A stretch of 20,000 nucleotides of DNA from Malacoraja senta (Eukaryota), in NCBI GenBank assembly GCA_038087875.1, contig JAXLNO010000329.1, positions 110,871 to 130,870 of the forward strand, given 5' to 3'. A model generated the notes under the pieces. That model made no database searches and was not told the origin of the DNA. It saw only the letters and a list, made by a program, of their open reading frames with translations. Below are positions 9,565-17,968 of this stretch, one piece after another; positions within the stretch are counted from its first letter, which is position 1; every line of letters begins with the position of its first letter. Position numbers and translations under genes: made by a program.

Positions 9565-12119
9565 ATGTGGAATCGGTATGGGTAGAGCTGCGAAACACTA
9601 AGGGGCAGAAAAAGCTGGTGGGTGTTGTGTACAGGCCACCTAGCAGTAGTAGTGAAGTTGGGGATGGCATCAAACAGGAAATTAGAAATGCGTGCAACAA
9701 AGGCAAAACAGTTATAATGGGTGACTTCAATCTACATATAGATTGGGTGAATCAAATTGGCAGGGGTGCTGAGGAAGAGGATTTCTTGGAATGTATGCGG
9801 GATAGTTATCTAAACCAACATGTAGAGGAACCAACGAGAGAGCAGGCTATTCTAGACTGGGTATTGAGTAATGAGGAAGGGTTAGTTAGCAGTCTTGTTG
9901 TGCGTGCCCCCTTGGGCAAGGGTGACCATAATATGGTTGAGTTCTTCATTAGGATGGAGAGTGACATTGTTAATTCAGAAACAACAGTTCTGAACTTAAA
10001 GAAAGGTAACTTTGAGGGTATGAGACGTGAATTGGCCAAGATTGACTGGCAATTAGTTCTAAAAGGGTTGACGGTGGATATGCAATGGAAGGCATTTAAA
10101 GACTGCATGGATGAACTACAAAAATTGTTCATCCCAGTTTGGCAAAAGAATAAATCAGGGAAGGTAGTGCATCTGTGGATAACAAGGGAAATCAGGGATA
10201 GTGTCAAAGCAAAAGATGATGCGTACAAATTAGCCAGAAAAAGCAGCATACCAGAGGACTGGGAGAAATTCAGAGACCAGCAGAGGAGGACAAAGGGCTT
10301 AATTAGGAAAAGGAAAATAGATTATGAAAGGAAACTGGCAGGGAACATAAAAACTGACTGCAAAAGTTTTTATAGATATGTGAAGAGAAAGAGATTAGTT
10401 AAAACAAATGTAGGTCCCTTGCAGTCAGAAACAGGTGAATTGATCATGGGGAACAAGGATATGGTGGACCAATTGAATAACTACTTTGGTTCCGTCTTCA
10501 CTAAGGAAGACATAAATAATCTGCCGGAAATAGCAGGGGGCCGCGGGTCAAAGGAGATGGAGGAACTGAGTGAAATCCAGGTTAGTCGGGAAGTGGTGTT
10601 GGGTAAATTGAATGGATTAAAGGCCGATAAATCACCAGGGCCAGATAGGCTGCATCCCAGAGTACTTAAGGAAGTAGCTCCAGAAATAGTGGATGCAATA
10701 GTAATAATTTTTCAAAACTCTTTAGATTCTGGAGTAGTTCCTGAGGATTGGAGGGTAGCAAACGTAACCCCACTTTTTAAGAAGGGAGGGAGAGAGAAAA
10801 CGGGGAATTACAGACCAGTTAGTCTAACATCGGTAGTGGGGAAACTGCTAGAGTCAGTTATTAAAGATGGGATAGCAGCACATTTGGAAAGTGGTGAAAT
10901 CATTGGACAAAGTCAGCATGGATTTACGAAAGGTAAATCGTGTCTGACGAATCTTATAGAATTTTTCGAGGATGTAACTAGTAGAGTGGATAGGGGAGAA
11001 CCAGTGGATGTGTTGTATCTGGACTTTCAGAAGGCTTTCGACAAGGTACCACATAAGAGATTAGGATACAAACTTAAATCACACGGTATTGGGGGTTCAG
11101 TATTGATGTGGATAGAGAACTGGCTGGCAAACAGGAAGCAAAGAGTAGGAGTAAACGGGTCCTTTTCACAATGGCAGGCAGTGACTAGTGGGGTACCGCA
11201 AGGCTCAGTGCTGGGACCCCAGCTATTTACAATTTATATTAATGAGCTGGATGAGGGAATTGAAAGCAACATCTCCAAGTTTGCGGATGACACTAAGCTG
11301 GGGGGCAGTATTAGCTGTGAGGAGGATGCTAGGAGACTGCAAGGTGACTTGGATAGGCTGGGTGAGTGGGCAAATGTTTGGCAGATGCAGTATAATGTGG
11401 ATAAATGTGAGGTTATCCACTTTGGTGGCAAAAACGGGAAGGCAGACTATTATCTAAATGGTGGCCGATTAGGAAATGGGGAGATGCAGCGAGACTTGGG
11501 TGTCATGGTACACCAGTCATTGAAAGTAGGCATGCAGGTGCAGCAGGCAGTGAAGAATGCGAATGGTATGTTGGCCTTCATAGCAAGAGGATTTGAGTAT
11601 AGGAGCAGGGAGGTTCTACTGCAGTTGTACAGGGTCTTGGTGAGACCACACCTGGAGTATTGCGTACAGTTTTGGTCTCCAAATCTGAGGAAGGACATTA
11701 TAGCCATAGAGGGAGTGCAGAGAAGGTTCACCAGACTGATTCCTGGGATGTCAGGACTTTCATATGAAGAAAGACTGGATAGACTTGGCTTATACTCGCT
11801 AGAATTTAGGAGATTGAGAGGGGATCTTATAGAAACGTACAAAATTCTTATGGGGTTGGACAGGCTAGATGGAGGAAGATTGTTCCTGATGTTGGGGAAG
11901 TCCAGGACAAGGGGTGACAGCTTAAGGATAAGGGGGAAATCCTTTAAGACCGAGATGAGGAAAACGTTTTTCACACAGAGAGTGGTGAATCTCTGGAACT
12001 CTCTGCCACAGAGGGTAGTTGAGGCCAGTTCATTGGCTATATTTAAGAGGGAGTTAGATGTGGCCCTTGTGGCTAAGGGGATCAGGGGGTATGGAGAGAA
12101 GGCAGGTACGGGATACTGA
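9558..12119 (+). CDS. CR1 ORF2, N-terminally truncated (partial APE endonuclease + complete reverse transcriptase), 853 codons open
   Basis: EN motifs VYRPP, MGDFN, ILDWV, GDH. RT motifs KSPGPD, NYRPVSLTS, QHGF, YLDFQKAFD, GVPQGSVLGP, FADD, plus the typical CR1 C-terminus (RPHLEYCVQFWSP, RVVNLWNSLP). The start is a TTG created by truncation, so this is not an authentic expressed CDS. Confidence 0.93.
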   Translation: MEDVESVWVELRNTKGQKKLVGVVYRPPSSSSEVGDGIKQEIRNACNKGKTVIMGDFNLHIDWVNQIGRGAEEEDFLECMRDSYLNQHVEEPTREQAILDWVLSNEEGLVSSLVVRAPLGKGDHNMVEFFIRMESDIVNSETTVLNLKKGNFEGMRRELAKIDWQLVLKGLTVDMQWKAFKDCMDELQKLFIPVWQKNKSGKVVHLWITREIRDSVKAKDDAYKLARKSSIPEDWEKFRDQQRRTKGLIRKRKIDYERKLAGNIKTDCKSFYRYVKRKRLVKTNVGPLQSETGELIMGNKDMVDQLNNYFGSVFTKEDINNLPEIAGGRGSKEMEELSEIQVSREVVLGKLNGLKADKSPGPDRLHPRVLKEVAPEIVDAIVIIFQNSLDSGVVPEDWRVANVTPLFKKGGREKTGNYRPVSLTSVVGKLLESVIKDGIAAHLESGEIIGQSQHGFTKGKSCLTNLIEFFEDVTSRVDRGEPVDVLYLDFQKAFDKVPHKRLGYKLKSHGIGGSVLMWIENWLANRKQRVGVNGSFSQWQAVTSGVPQGSVLGPQLFTIYINELDEGIESNISKFADDTKLGGSISCEEDARRLQGDLDRLGEWANVWQMQYNVDKCEVIHFGGKNGKADYYLNGGRLGNGEMQRDLGVMVHQSLKVGMQVQQAVKNANGMLAFIARGFEYRSREVLLQLYRVLVRPHLEYCVQFWSPNLRKDIIAIEGVQRRFTRLIPGMSGLSYEERLDRLGLYSLEFRRLRGDLIETYKILMGLDRLDGGRLFLMLGKSRTRGDSLRIRGKSFKTEMRKTFFTQRVVNLWNSLPQRVVEASSLAIFKRELDVALVAKGIRGYGEKAGTGY

Positions 12120-13088
12120 GTTGGATGATCAGCCATGATCATATTGAATGGCGGTGCAGGCTCGAAGGGCCGAATGGCCTATTCCTGCACCTATTTTCTA
12201 TGTATCTATGTATCTATGTAGCTACAAAACGTAATTCCTCCAATTTTCTTTTGCGCATCGTCTTGCATTATAAATTACAGTGGTACCTTTATGTCAGATG
12301 GTGCAACACAATACCTCAAGCTTCTGGGTGTTGGGTGGGTGCTCACAGCTGCTAAACTCTGTTGGTATATCCCTTGCAAATGTGTCCTTAAAGAAAAAAT
12401 CAAAAGAAGTGCTAAATAACATTAAAATTGTTTAAAAAAACAGTATTAACATTTTTTTTTTTAAATACTGCGAGAGAAAACCACCTAATGGTGGGAGAAA
12501 AATTCTTGAAACCTTCCGTAGATGTTAAGCTCCGTTCCCTTAAACAAGTATTGTAAAAAAGAAAGAACAGTTCAAAACCGGGTAATATAGAGAAAACCAT
12601 CGAACATGTAGTTCTACTGAAATCTTAAACTGGACAAGTATTTACTATTTACTAATAATGACTGTATTTAACTTAGCAGACAAAGCCCAGTATATTTAAG
12701 TAAGAAACTGCTGGTTGGAAGGGGTTAACCAAAATTACAATCTTGGCTGCTTGCCAGCTGTTTCACTCCCTTCCAGCCTGATTCCTTGTTAGTTTATCTT
12801 GAGCATAACTGGGAATTTGTCTTCCCAAATCAATTACACATATTGTAGTTTATTAGTATACTATTAGTATAATAATCCAACAGATTTAACTAGCGATCAT
12901 AAATCTATAGCATGTTCATTATTGACTTTAAAAAAATAATTTGAATCATTATTTGGTTATGATAGTAATTTTTAGATTAGAATACATGAGTTAGTCCAGT
13001 TCTTTATGTGTTAGTATATCATTATTTATATCTTCTCATTAGTCAGTTATTACGTTCCTCTCCATTTAATTTCATTTTCTATGCTGCT

Positions 13089-13892
13089 TAGGTAAAGATG
13101 TCCACCATTTAATTAAACAATTTCTCCAATCCAGAGGACATATTAATCAATTCCCGTGATAGACAGGCTGCCCCATACAGTGGGAAAGCAATCATCCAGA
13201 ATTGCTCTGACTCTGATATACTTCGCTTAGCCCTCATCGGGAATATACAATTCAGTTACATGTTACACAGCTCTCATGTGAGGGACAACAAAGGCCAAAT
13301 AACAACATCCCCTTCAGTTGTAAGTTGACCTAATCAACCTTTCCCAGTTCTTCTCATCCCCAGGTACATACCAGGTAACCATGGGTATGCCCGGAATCCA
13401 CATAGAAAATACGTCCCATTTATTGGACTCAGTGGCCATTAGCACTAACCTTGGTGCAGGTGCTGTTCCTCAAGTATACTCCATCGCTTCTTCTGTCACA
13501 ATAACAGGTAGTATTAACTGGGCTCTGGGGCAATTCACTAATTTAAGCCATGGTATTTCCCAAACCCTGGTCTCATTTACCTTCCATCCTGTCTTAAAAG
13601 AGGCTACATACCATTCTTTAAATATGGGTCCTTGACTTTGCCATTCTGAAGGCACCCATTAGTTGCTTTCTTATTGCGAAAACAGTGCAAGGCCAGAATC
13701 TCAGTAAGGTTAAGGAGTATTGTTACGAGAGGTATTCCTTCCCCACCATTATATGGGATGTGCGTACACAACCAGCATACACTTATTATTACGAAGGGCA
13801 AATTCAAAACTCATAACCAAAAACAGATTATTTCCCCAAGTCCAGTCTATATGGGCCAACCCCAGAATATAAAAGAGGGTCAATAGCCCCAT
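13089..13892 (-). pseudogene. env: Second, 3'-truncated copy of env (SU and start of TM)
   Basis: ATG at 13892, CWLC at 13766-13777, NGTYFLCGFRAYPWLP, GCCYLAFVVP and furin site RAKR at 13223-13234. Cut at 13089 before the CC motif and membrane anchor. Confidence 0.9.
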
Positions 13893-14010
13893 TGTCCTTT
13901 CTTGGGTCCTCCGAACTGTTTAAAGTCAATCAGATGTATCCTCTTCACTGCAATTGGTATTGTTGGTAGCACCTGCTGCAGTCCCTTTCAACACAGGCCC
14001 AATTTATTCT
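13089..14010. repeat. Copy 2 of the ~922-bp direct duplication
   Basis: Matches 4544-5466 and continues directly into the rest of the provirus (GATCCCAGTACC...) at 14011. Confidence 0.95.
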
Positions 14011-14039
14011 GATCCCAGTACCATATCAGTACGTGGTCT

Positions 14040-14132
14040 GATACATAGATAGATACATAGAAAATAGGTGCAGGAGTAGGCCATTCGGCCCTTCGAGCCT
14101 GCACCGCCATTCAATATGATCATGGCTGATCA
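14040..14132 (-). mobile_element. ~93-bp CR1 3'-terminal fragment (3'UTR + tail)
   Basis: Reverse complement matches ~12126-12214 with one mismatch outside the tail. The tail reads CTATGTATCTATCTATGTATC. Confidence 0.9.
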
Positions 14133-14299
14133 CTCGTATGGACTCGTCCCTGTATGGACTCGTCCCTGTGTTCAACGGATAGTGGTTTCATGGCCTCATA
14201 CCTGGGAATGCAGACCTGGCAAGGCATGGGTTAAATGCTGTGCATACGTAATTAATTCATCGCTGAGGACCTGTTGGTAAGTTCATAATTTCACAGCTT

Positions 14300-14725
14300 A
14301 TCCTGTTATCAATTCAAAAAGTTTTAACTCTGTCTCTCTAGCTGGGGTTGTTCCGAATCATCAAAATAGTTGAATACCGTAACCCATTCCTGTCCAGTCT
14401 CAGTCAAGACTTCACTTACACTTTTTTGTGTCCTATTCATTCCCTCCACTATTCCAAAACTCTGCAATTAGTGGAAGATATGAAATCACTCTTTAACTAC
14501 TGACAAGGCAGAGTCCCTTTCATCACCTTTCCTGTGAAACATTTACCCTGATCACTCTAAAGAGGGACCCCTTACCTAAATATTATCTCTTTGATTCCTT
14601 ATCACAATTCTAGCTGTTCTATCTTAGCATGGAAACACCGTTACCCAGTAGGTAAAGCAATCAATCAGTGCTAAATAGTACCCTTTATTTTATGGCTAGA
14701 GGAAGGGTCCTGTGAAATTTATCTA
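14300..14725 (-). pseudogene. pol: Degenerate retroviral integrase catalytic core
   Basis: Minus strand, in order: *INFTGPF (cf. QIDFTGPLP, 14702-14725), YYLALIDCFTYWVTVFP, EIIFR*GVP, SDQGKCFTGKVMK (from 14556), FHIFH*LQSFGIVEGMNRT (cf. HPQSSG.VER.NRT) and FELITG (14301-14318). Many stops and frameshifts. Confidence 0.85.
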
Positions 14726-14859
14726 TCTGTGTTGATCTGGAGGCTGCACTCGTTTTCCATTTGGCACTGCAATTATCTCAAACTGCCCCTAACTTCCCTG
14801 CTTCCAAGTCACACTTTACTATGGGGAGAGTGTAAGTTATAATCCCCCTCAGTGTGTTG

Positions 14860-15120
14860 GGCTCTAAGATTTCCACTGGCCCTGTTACATATTCGTGTAC
14901 ATAAGCACACCAGTGCAGCCAAACTAACACTAGACTTTATCTAGTGGAACACCTAGCAACTCTTCTCATTCTGTCTTCATAGTCTGTTACTACCACTGAA
15001 GTACCCTTCTTTCATTACCACAGCACAAATGGTAGAGTTTAGTCAAATATGAGAATCCCAGTGCTGTGAAGGGGGTCAGGGATAGTTTATATATTTTTTC
15101 TTCAATTGTCCAAATATATT
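14860..15120 (-). pseudogene. Possible remnant of the RT connection/tether region
   Basis: IWTIEE...TALGFSYLTKLYHL resembles WT.E...PALG.PD..KPF.L, followed by LAALV...EYVTGPVEI. Very degenerate, and no YxDD core found. Confidence 0.45.
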
Positions 15121-15899
15121 TCTCCTCCCCAATCTACCCGATCTCTCAACATTTTACTCCCCATAATGATTTCTCTCAAACTACGGTCTGATGTAATCAA
15201 CTAGCACAAAATACAGGCTTCCTTCCACACATTTAAGACAGGAAACAGGAAACCTGGCTCCTCATTTGCATTCTAAGAGACAAAAAAATATTTATTTTCA
15301 CCACATTAGAAAGAACATTATTTAAGATATTCTTAATGTACTTTGTACATTTATGTTCTCTTGTACTTTTCATTATTTACAGGCACTTTGCCCCTTCTTT
15401 TCCTTCTTATCAGCATGCGTAAGGGAGTGCATATAAAATAAAATAACAGACAGAAAAACATCAATTACACAAATTTGTCCAAAAGGGGTGTGATCCAGAG
15501 TCCGGTAGTGGAATAAATGGCACTGCCCTTTCGTTTCCATAATTATTTTCCCTATTCAAAGGCGTCCCTTTGCAATTTCTAAACCTTCCCTTGTCTGACA
15601 AGTCTGTTCTGTTCACTAGAATCTTTAATTCTTTTTGGACCAGAATTTACAAGCTGAATTGTGCACAGTACTATTAGCTCAGGCATTCCCCTGGGAGACT
15701 TTGTCATGGCCACTCATATGGGTATTGCACTTAATAATGGCTAGGTGGACTGGGAAGGCTGAGGCTAGTGTAGTTGTCAGAGTTGTCTTTAAGTTGTGAA
15801 AGTCTTCTTCTTGTTGGAAAGAGAGTTAAAATGAATAAGAATTAACCAAGCCCACAAAAACCTTCATCTGCTAGGAATGGGCAGGCCGGTATGATTCAC

Positions 15900-16731
15900 A
15901 ATGGGATGGTCCAATTCCCCGTCAATCCGGATCCTGGGCACTGTGATTGGACATTGATCCAGATTGTGATTAGTCAGACTTCCTGTCAATCAGGATCTTG
16001 CCACACCCCACAACCATTGGGTCACTCACAAACTCTCCTCTCCGTCTTTCTCTCTCTCCAGCAGAGACGAGCTCTTTGCCAAAAGTGATTCAAAGTTCGA
16101 AGACAAGTTTGTTTTAACCAGTATAGGCTGTAGGCTGTTGGCTTGTGAGTTAAAAATTTTAAGCAGCCTCAATTCTCATGCTTTTTTCTCTTCCAATCTT
16201 CTTTAATTTATCTCCTGTTTTCACACTCTGGTCATCTGTGTTGTTTAACTCTCTCACTGCTGAATTAAATTACAGCTTCTTCTGCCTCAGCCCTTTTCTC
16301 ATCTGCCTTTTCAGTCTCCAAGTCGCTATCAGTATCAGTTGCTTCTGGGGGTGCCCTTCCCTGTAGGGGTGCTGGAGCCTCCCCCCCACCCCTACAGGAT
16401 CTTATATGGGGATGTTGGTCTACACTATTTCCGACTTTGTTCCTCATTTCCCCATTGAATTTGTTCCTTCATCCCCCCTCTTCTATAAAGGTTGCTTACT
16501 TCAGACAAGGGGTCCCCAGGATTATATCGTTTCAACGCCTTTTTTCTTTTTCCCATTTTCCCCTTTTTAACAGTTTCTACATTCCATGTTCCTTCGACCG
16601 GCTAAGATTCATCTCCCAAACATTTGGTTAGCTTATAACTTAATATTCTATAGTCTTTGTTACTTTTAGGATTCAAATTACACATGTCGCACAGGCGTTC
16701 CCCTGTAACTTTAGTACAAATTGTTACCCAT
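15900..16731 (-). pseudogene. gag: gag remnant (matrix-like N-terminus, Pro-rich and charged coiled-coil segment)
   Basis: MGNN...GTPV start at 16731 (Gly2, myristoylation-type) and *PVEGTWN at 16581-16604 (cf. matrix WP..GTF), then EAPAPLQGRAPPE and ETEKADEKRAEAEE. Located ~500 nt after the PBS. The 3' boundary is approximate. Confidence 0.6.
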
Positions 16732-16957
16732 TATTGCAGTGCCTTTTAACACTTACTTAATTGTGAACGACAGGCCTTTTACCTGTGGAGCCAATCACCA
16801 ACTACTTTCCAAGTAGCAAAATACGGGCGTTCCCCCATCACTTTTATCCAGATTATTCCTCATAGCTGCGAGACTCTCTCAGCCCAGCTACTTTGTGAAC
16901 GACAAACTTTTTTAGTTTGCAAAGCCAATTGCCAACTACATTCCCAGCAGCAAAATA
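16690..16957. repeat. Two diverged ~132-bp tandem units in the ERV leader/gag start (third partial unit 16972-17032)
   Basis: GGCGTTCCCC at 16694 and 16826. TTGTGAACGACA at 16761 and 16893. CCAACTAC...AGCAAAATA ending at 16823 and 16957. Confidence 0.8.
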
Positions 16958-17236
16958 AAATACATTAACTTACGACAAACCATTTCTAGTTTGCTCTATC
17001 CAATCGCCGACTACTCTCTTGGTCGCAAAATACATACACAATTGGTCTTACCGTTGTCTGTATCAAGGATTTCGGCAGGGCACCAGATCAACCTACTACG
17101 AAGGACGCAAGTTTTCCCGGGAACTTCTTCGGGAGGTCGGTCTCAATGGTTCCGAATAGTGCACTTTGTATCATCCCCATCAGATCCCGGACAAACTATG
17201 GCCTCTTACTCAGTCGTCTGTTGATGGTCCCAGCCA

Positions 17237-17257
17237 AATCCTGCCGACTATAAGCCA
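17237..17257 (-). other. Primer binding site complementary to tRNA-Ser
   Basis: Plus strand AATCCTGCCGACTATAAGCCA versus the vertebrate tRNA-Ser(AGA/TGA-type) 3' end AATCCTGCCGACTACGCCA. On minus it begins TGG, 1 nt after the LTR terminal CA. It carries a small indel. Confidence 0.88.
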
Positions 17258-17258
17258 A

Positions 17259-17968
17259 TGTTGAGGTTCATTTTCTTAAAACAGACAACTTACAATAAGT
17301 TAGGTAAAACCAATACAATCTTTAATGCTAGAGAGTGCTTGGAGATACAAAGTCAAGCATACAGCAGATACTTAACTCCTCCCAAGCCATCACTCTAATG
17401 AATGAAGAAATACAGCATATTTGTATACTGTTTTGGAAACATAGTCACATGTTCATACAGAATGGCGGTAATGACGTCTAACATATCAATCACAGCTCTA
17501 CCCATTCAAAGCATGCTTGTCACTAATACAATACTTCTCATGCTATGGTTATATCGATCACAAACTTTAGTTACGAAACCCCCAAATAACAGGAAGTTAG
17601 GCTAAGGTCTATCATCTGCTGTACCTTCTTAAACAATGTAAGGATCCTTAACAATTGCCCACAGAAGTTCCTGCTAGTAGAGAATACCAATTTCTCAGGA
17701 AGCTCGTCTTCTCCCAAGGCTTGTGTTTAAAGAAGCCAGAACCTTCTCAGCAAGTACATCCCCTCTCACCATTGTCAATATCTTTTGCTTGGGCACAACA
17801 GGAAGCAGCTTGGATACAGTTTGAATGCTGGCCTCCAATTTCCTGATTACCCAGCCCTTCTACAGAACCCAAATTTCAAAGCTTTCATTTACTCAGAACC
17901 CAAAACCCAAATTAATCTTTACTTAATAAAATACATAAAATATTCCATTAATAACTAGGATATTATCA
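17259..17968 (-). repeat. 5' LTR of the ERV (710 bp)
   Basis: TGTTGAGG...TATTATCA, homologous to 3448-4158 and adjacent to the PBS. Confidence 0.93.

Larger units (their letters stand above)
9508..12219 (+). mobile_element. 5'-truncated CR1-clade LINE (elasmobranch HER1-like by resemblance), young
   Basis: Open ORF2, short 3'UTR with GGCTCGAAGGGCCGAATGGCC stem-loop region and (CTATGTAT)n 8-bp tail. Flanked by AGC at 9505-9507 and 12220-12222. Confidence 0.93.
5836..12268 (-). pseudogene. L1 ORF2 (APE endonuclease, reverse transcriptase, C-terminal zinc knuckle), frameshifted and split by CR1
   Basis: MQDDAQKKIGGITFCS (12268-12221) joins WNIRGANEPIKRGKI (from 9504). EN motifs QETHL, NIYAPN, GGDF, RIDYFL, SDH (8426-9445). 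RT motifs QGCALSPLLFALAIEPLA and YADD (7480-7491). GGLALPNL and CDKC...H....C follow, with a stop at 5836. Broken into many ORF pieces. Confidence 0.92.
5467..13088 (-). mobile_element. 5'-truncated, decayed L1-clade LINE (ORF2 + 3'UTR + probable inter-ORF spacer), interrupted by CR1 at 9508-12219
   Basis: Short poly(T) at 5466-5473 with AATAAA (minus) at 5490-5495. ORF2 fragments in EN-RT-CCHC order. The N-terminus resumes seamlessly after the CR1. 12269-13088 is AT-rich non-coding DNA assigned to the L1 by position only. No ORF1 seen. Confidence 0.85.
3448..17968 (-). mobile_element. Defective endogenous retrovirus (LTR-PBS-gag-pol remnant-env-PPT-LTR), interrupted by LINE insertions
   Basis: Paired ~710-bp direct repeats with TG...CA ends. 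PBS next to one LTR and PPT next to the other. Gag, integrase and env motifs occur in the correct order on the minus strand. Confidence 0.92.

Noticed and set aside
9558..12119. Autonomous active LINE or host gene of 853 aa
   Set aside because: It is 5'-truncated inside the endonuclease, has no ORF1 or promoter, and starts at a TTG in the junction repeat. The overlapping antisense ORFs (9806-10249, 11450-12142) are shadows.
17002..17014. Second PBS-like motif AATCGCCGACTAC in the leader
   Set aside because: It is a short match lacking the CCA-complementary end, not adjacent to an LTR, and degenerate in the sister leader repeats.
17237..17257. tRNA-Ser gene
   Set aside because: Only the 3'-terminal ~19 nt including CCA match and no cloverleaf is present upstream. 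Its position next to the LTR identifies it as a PBS.
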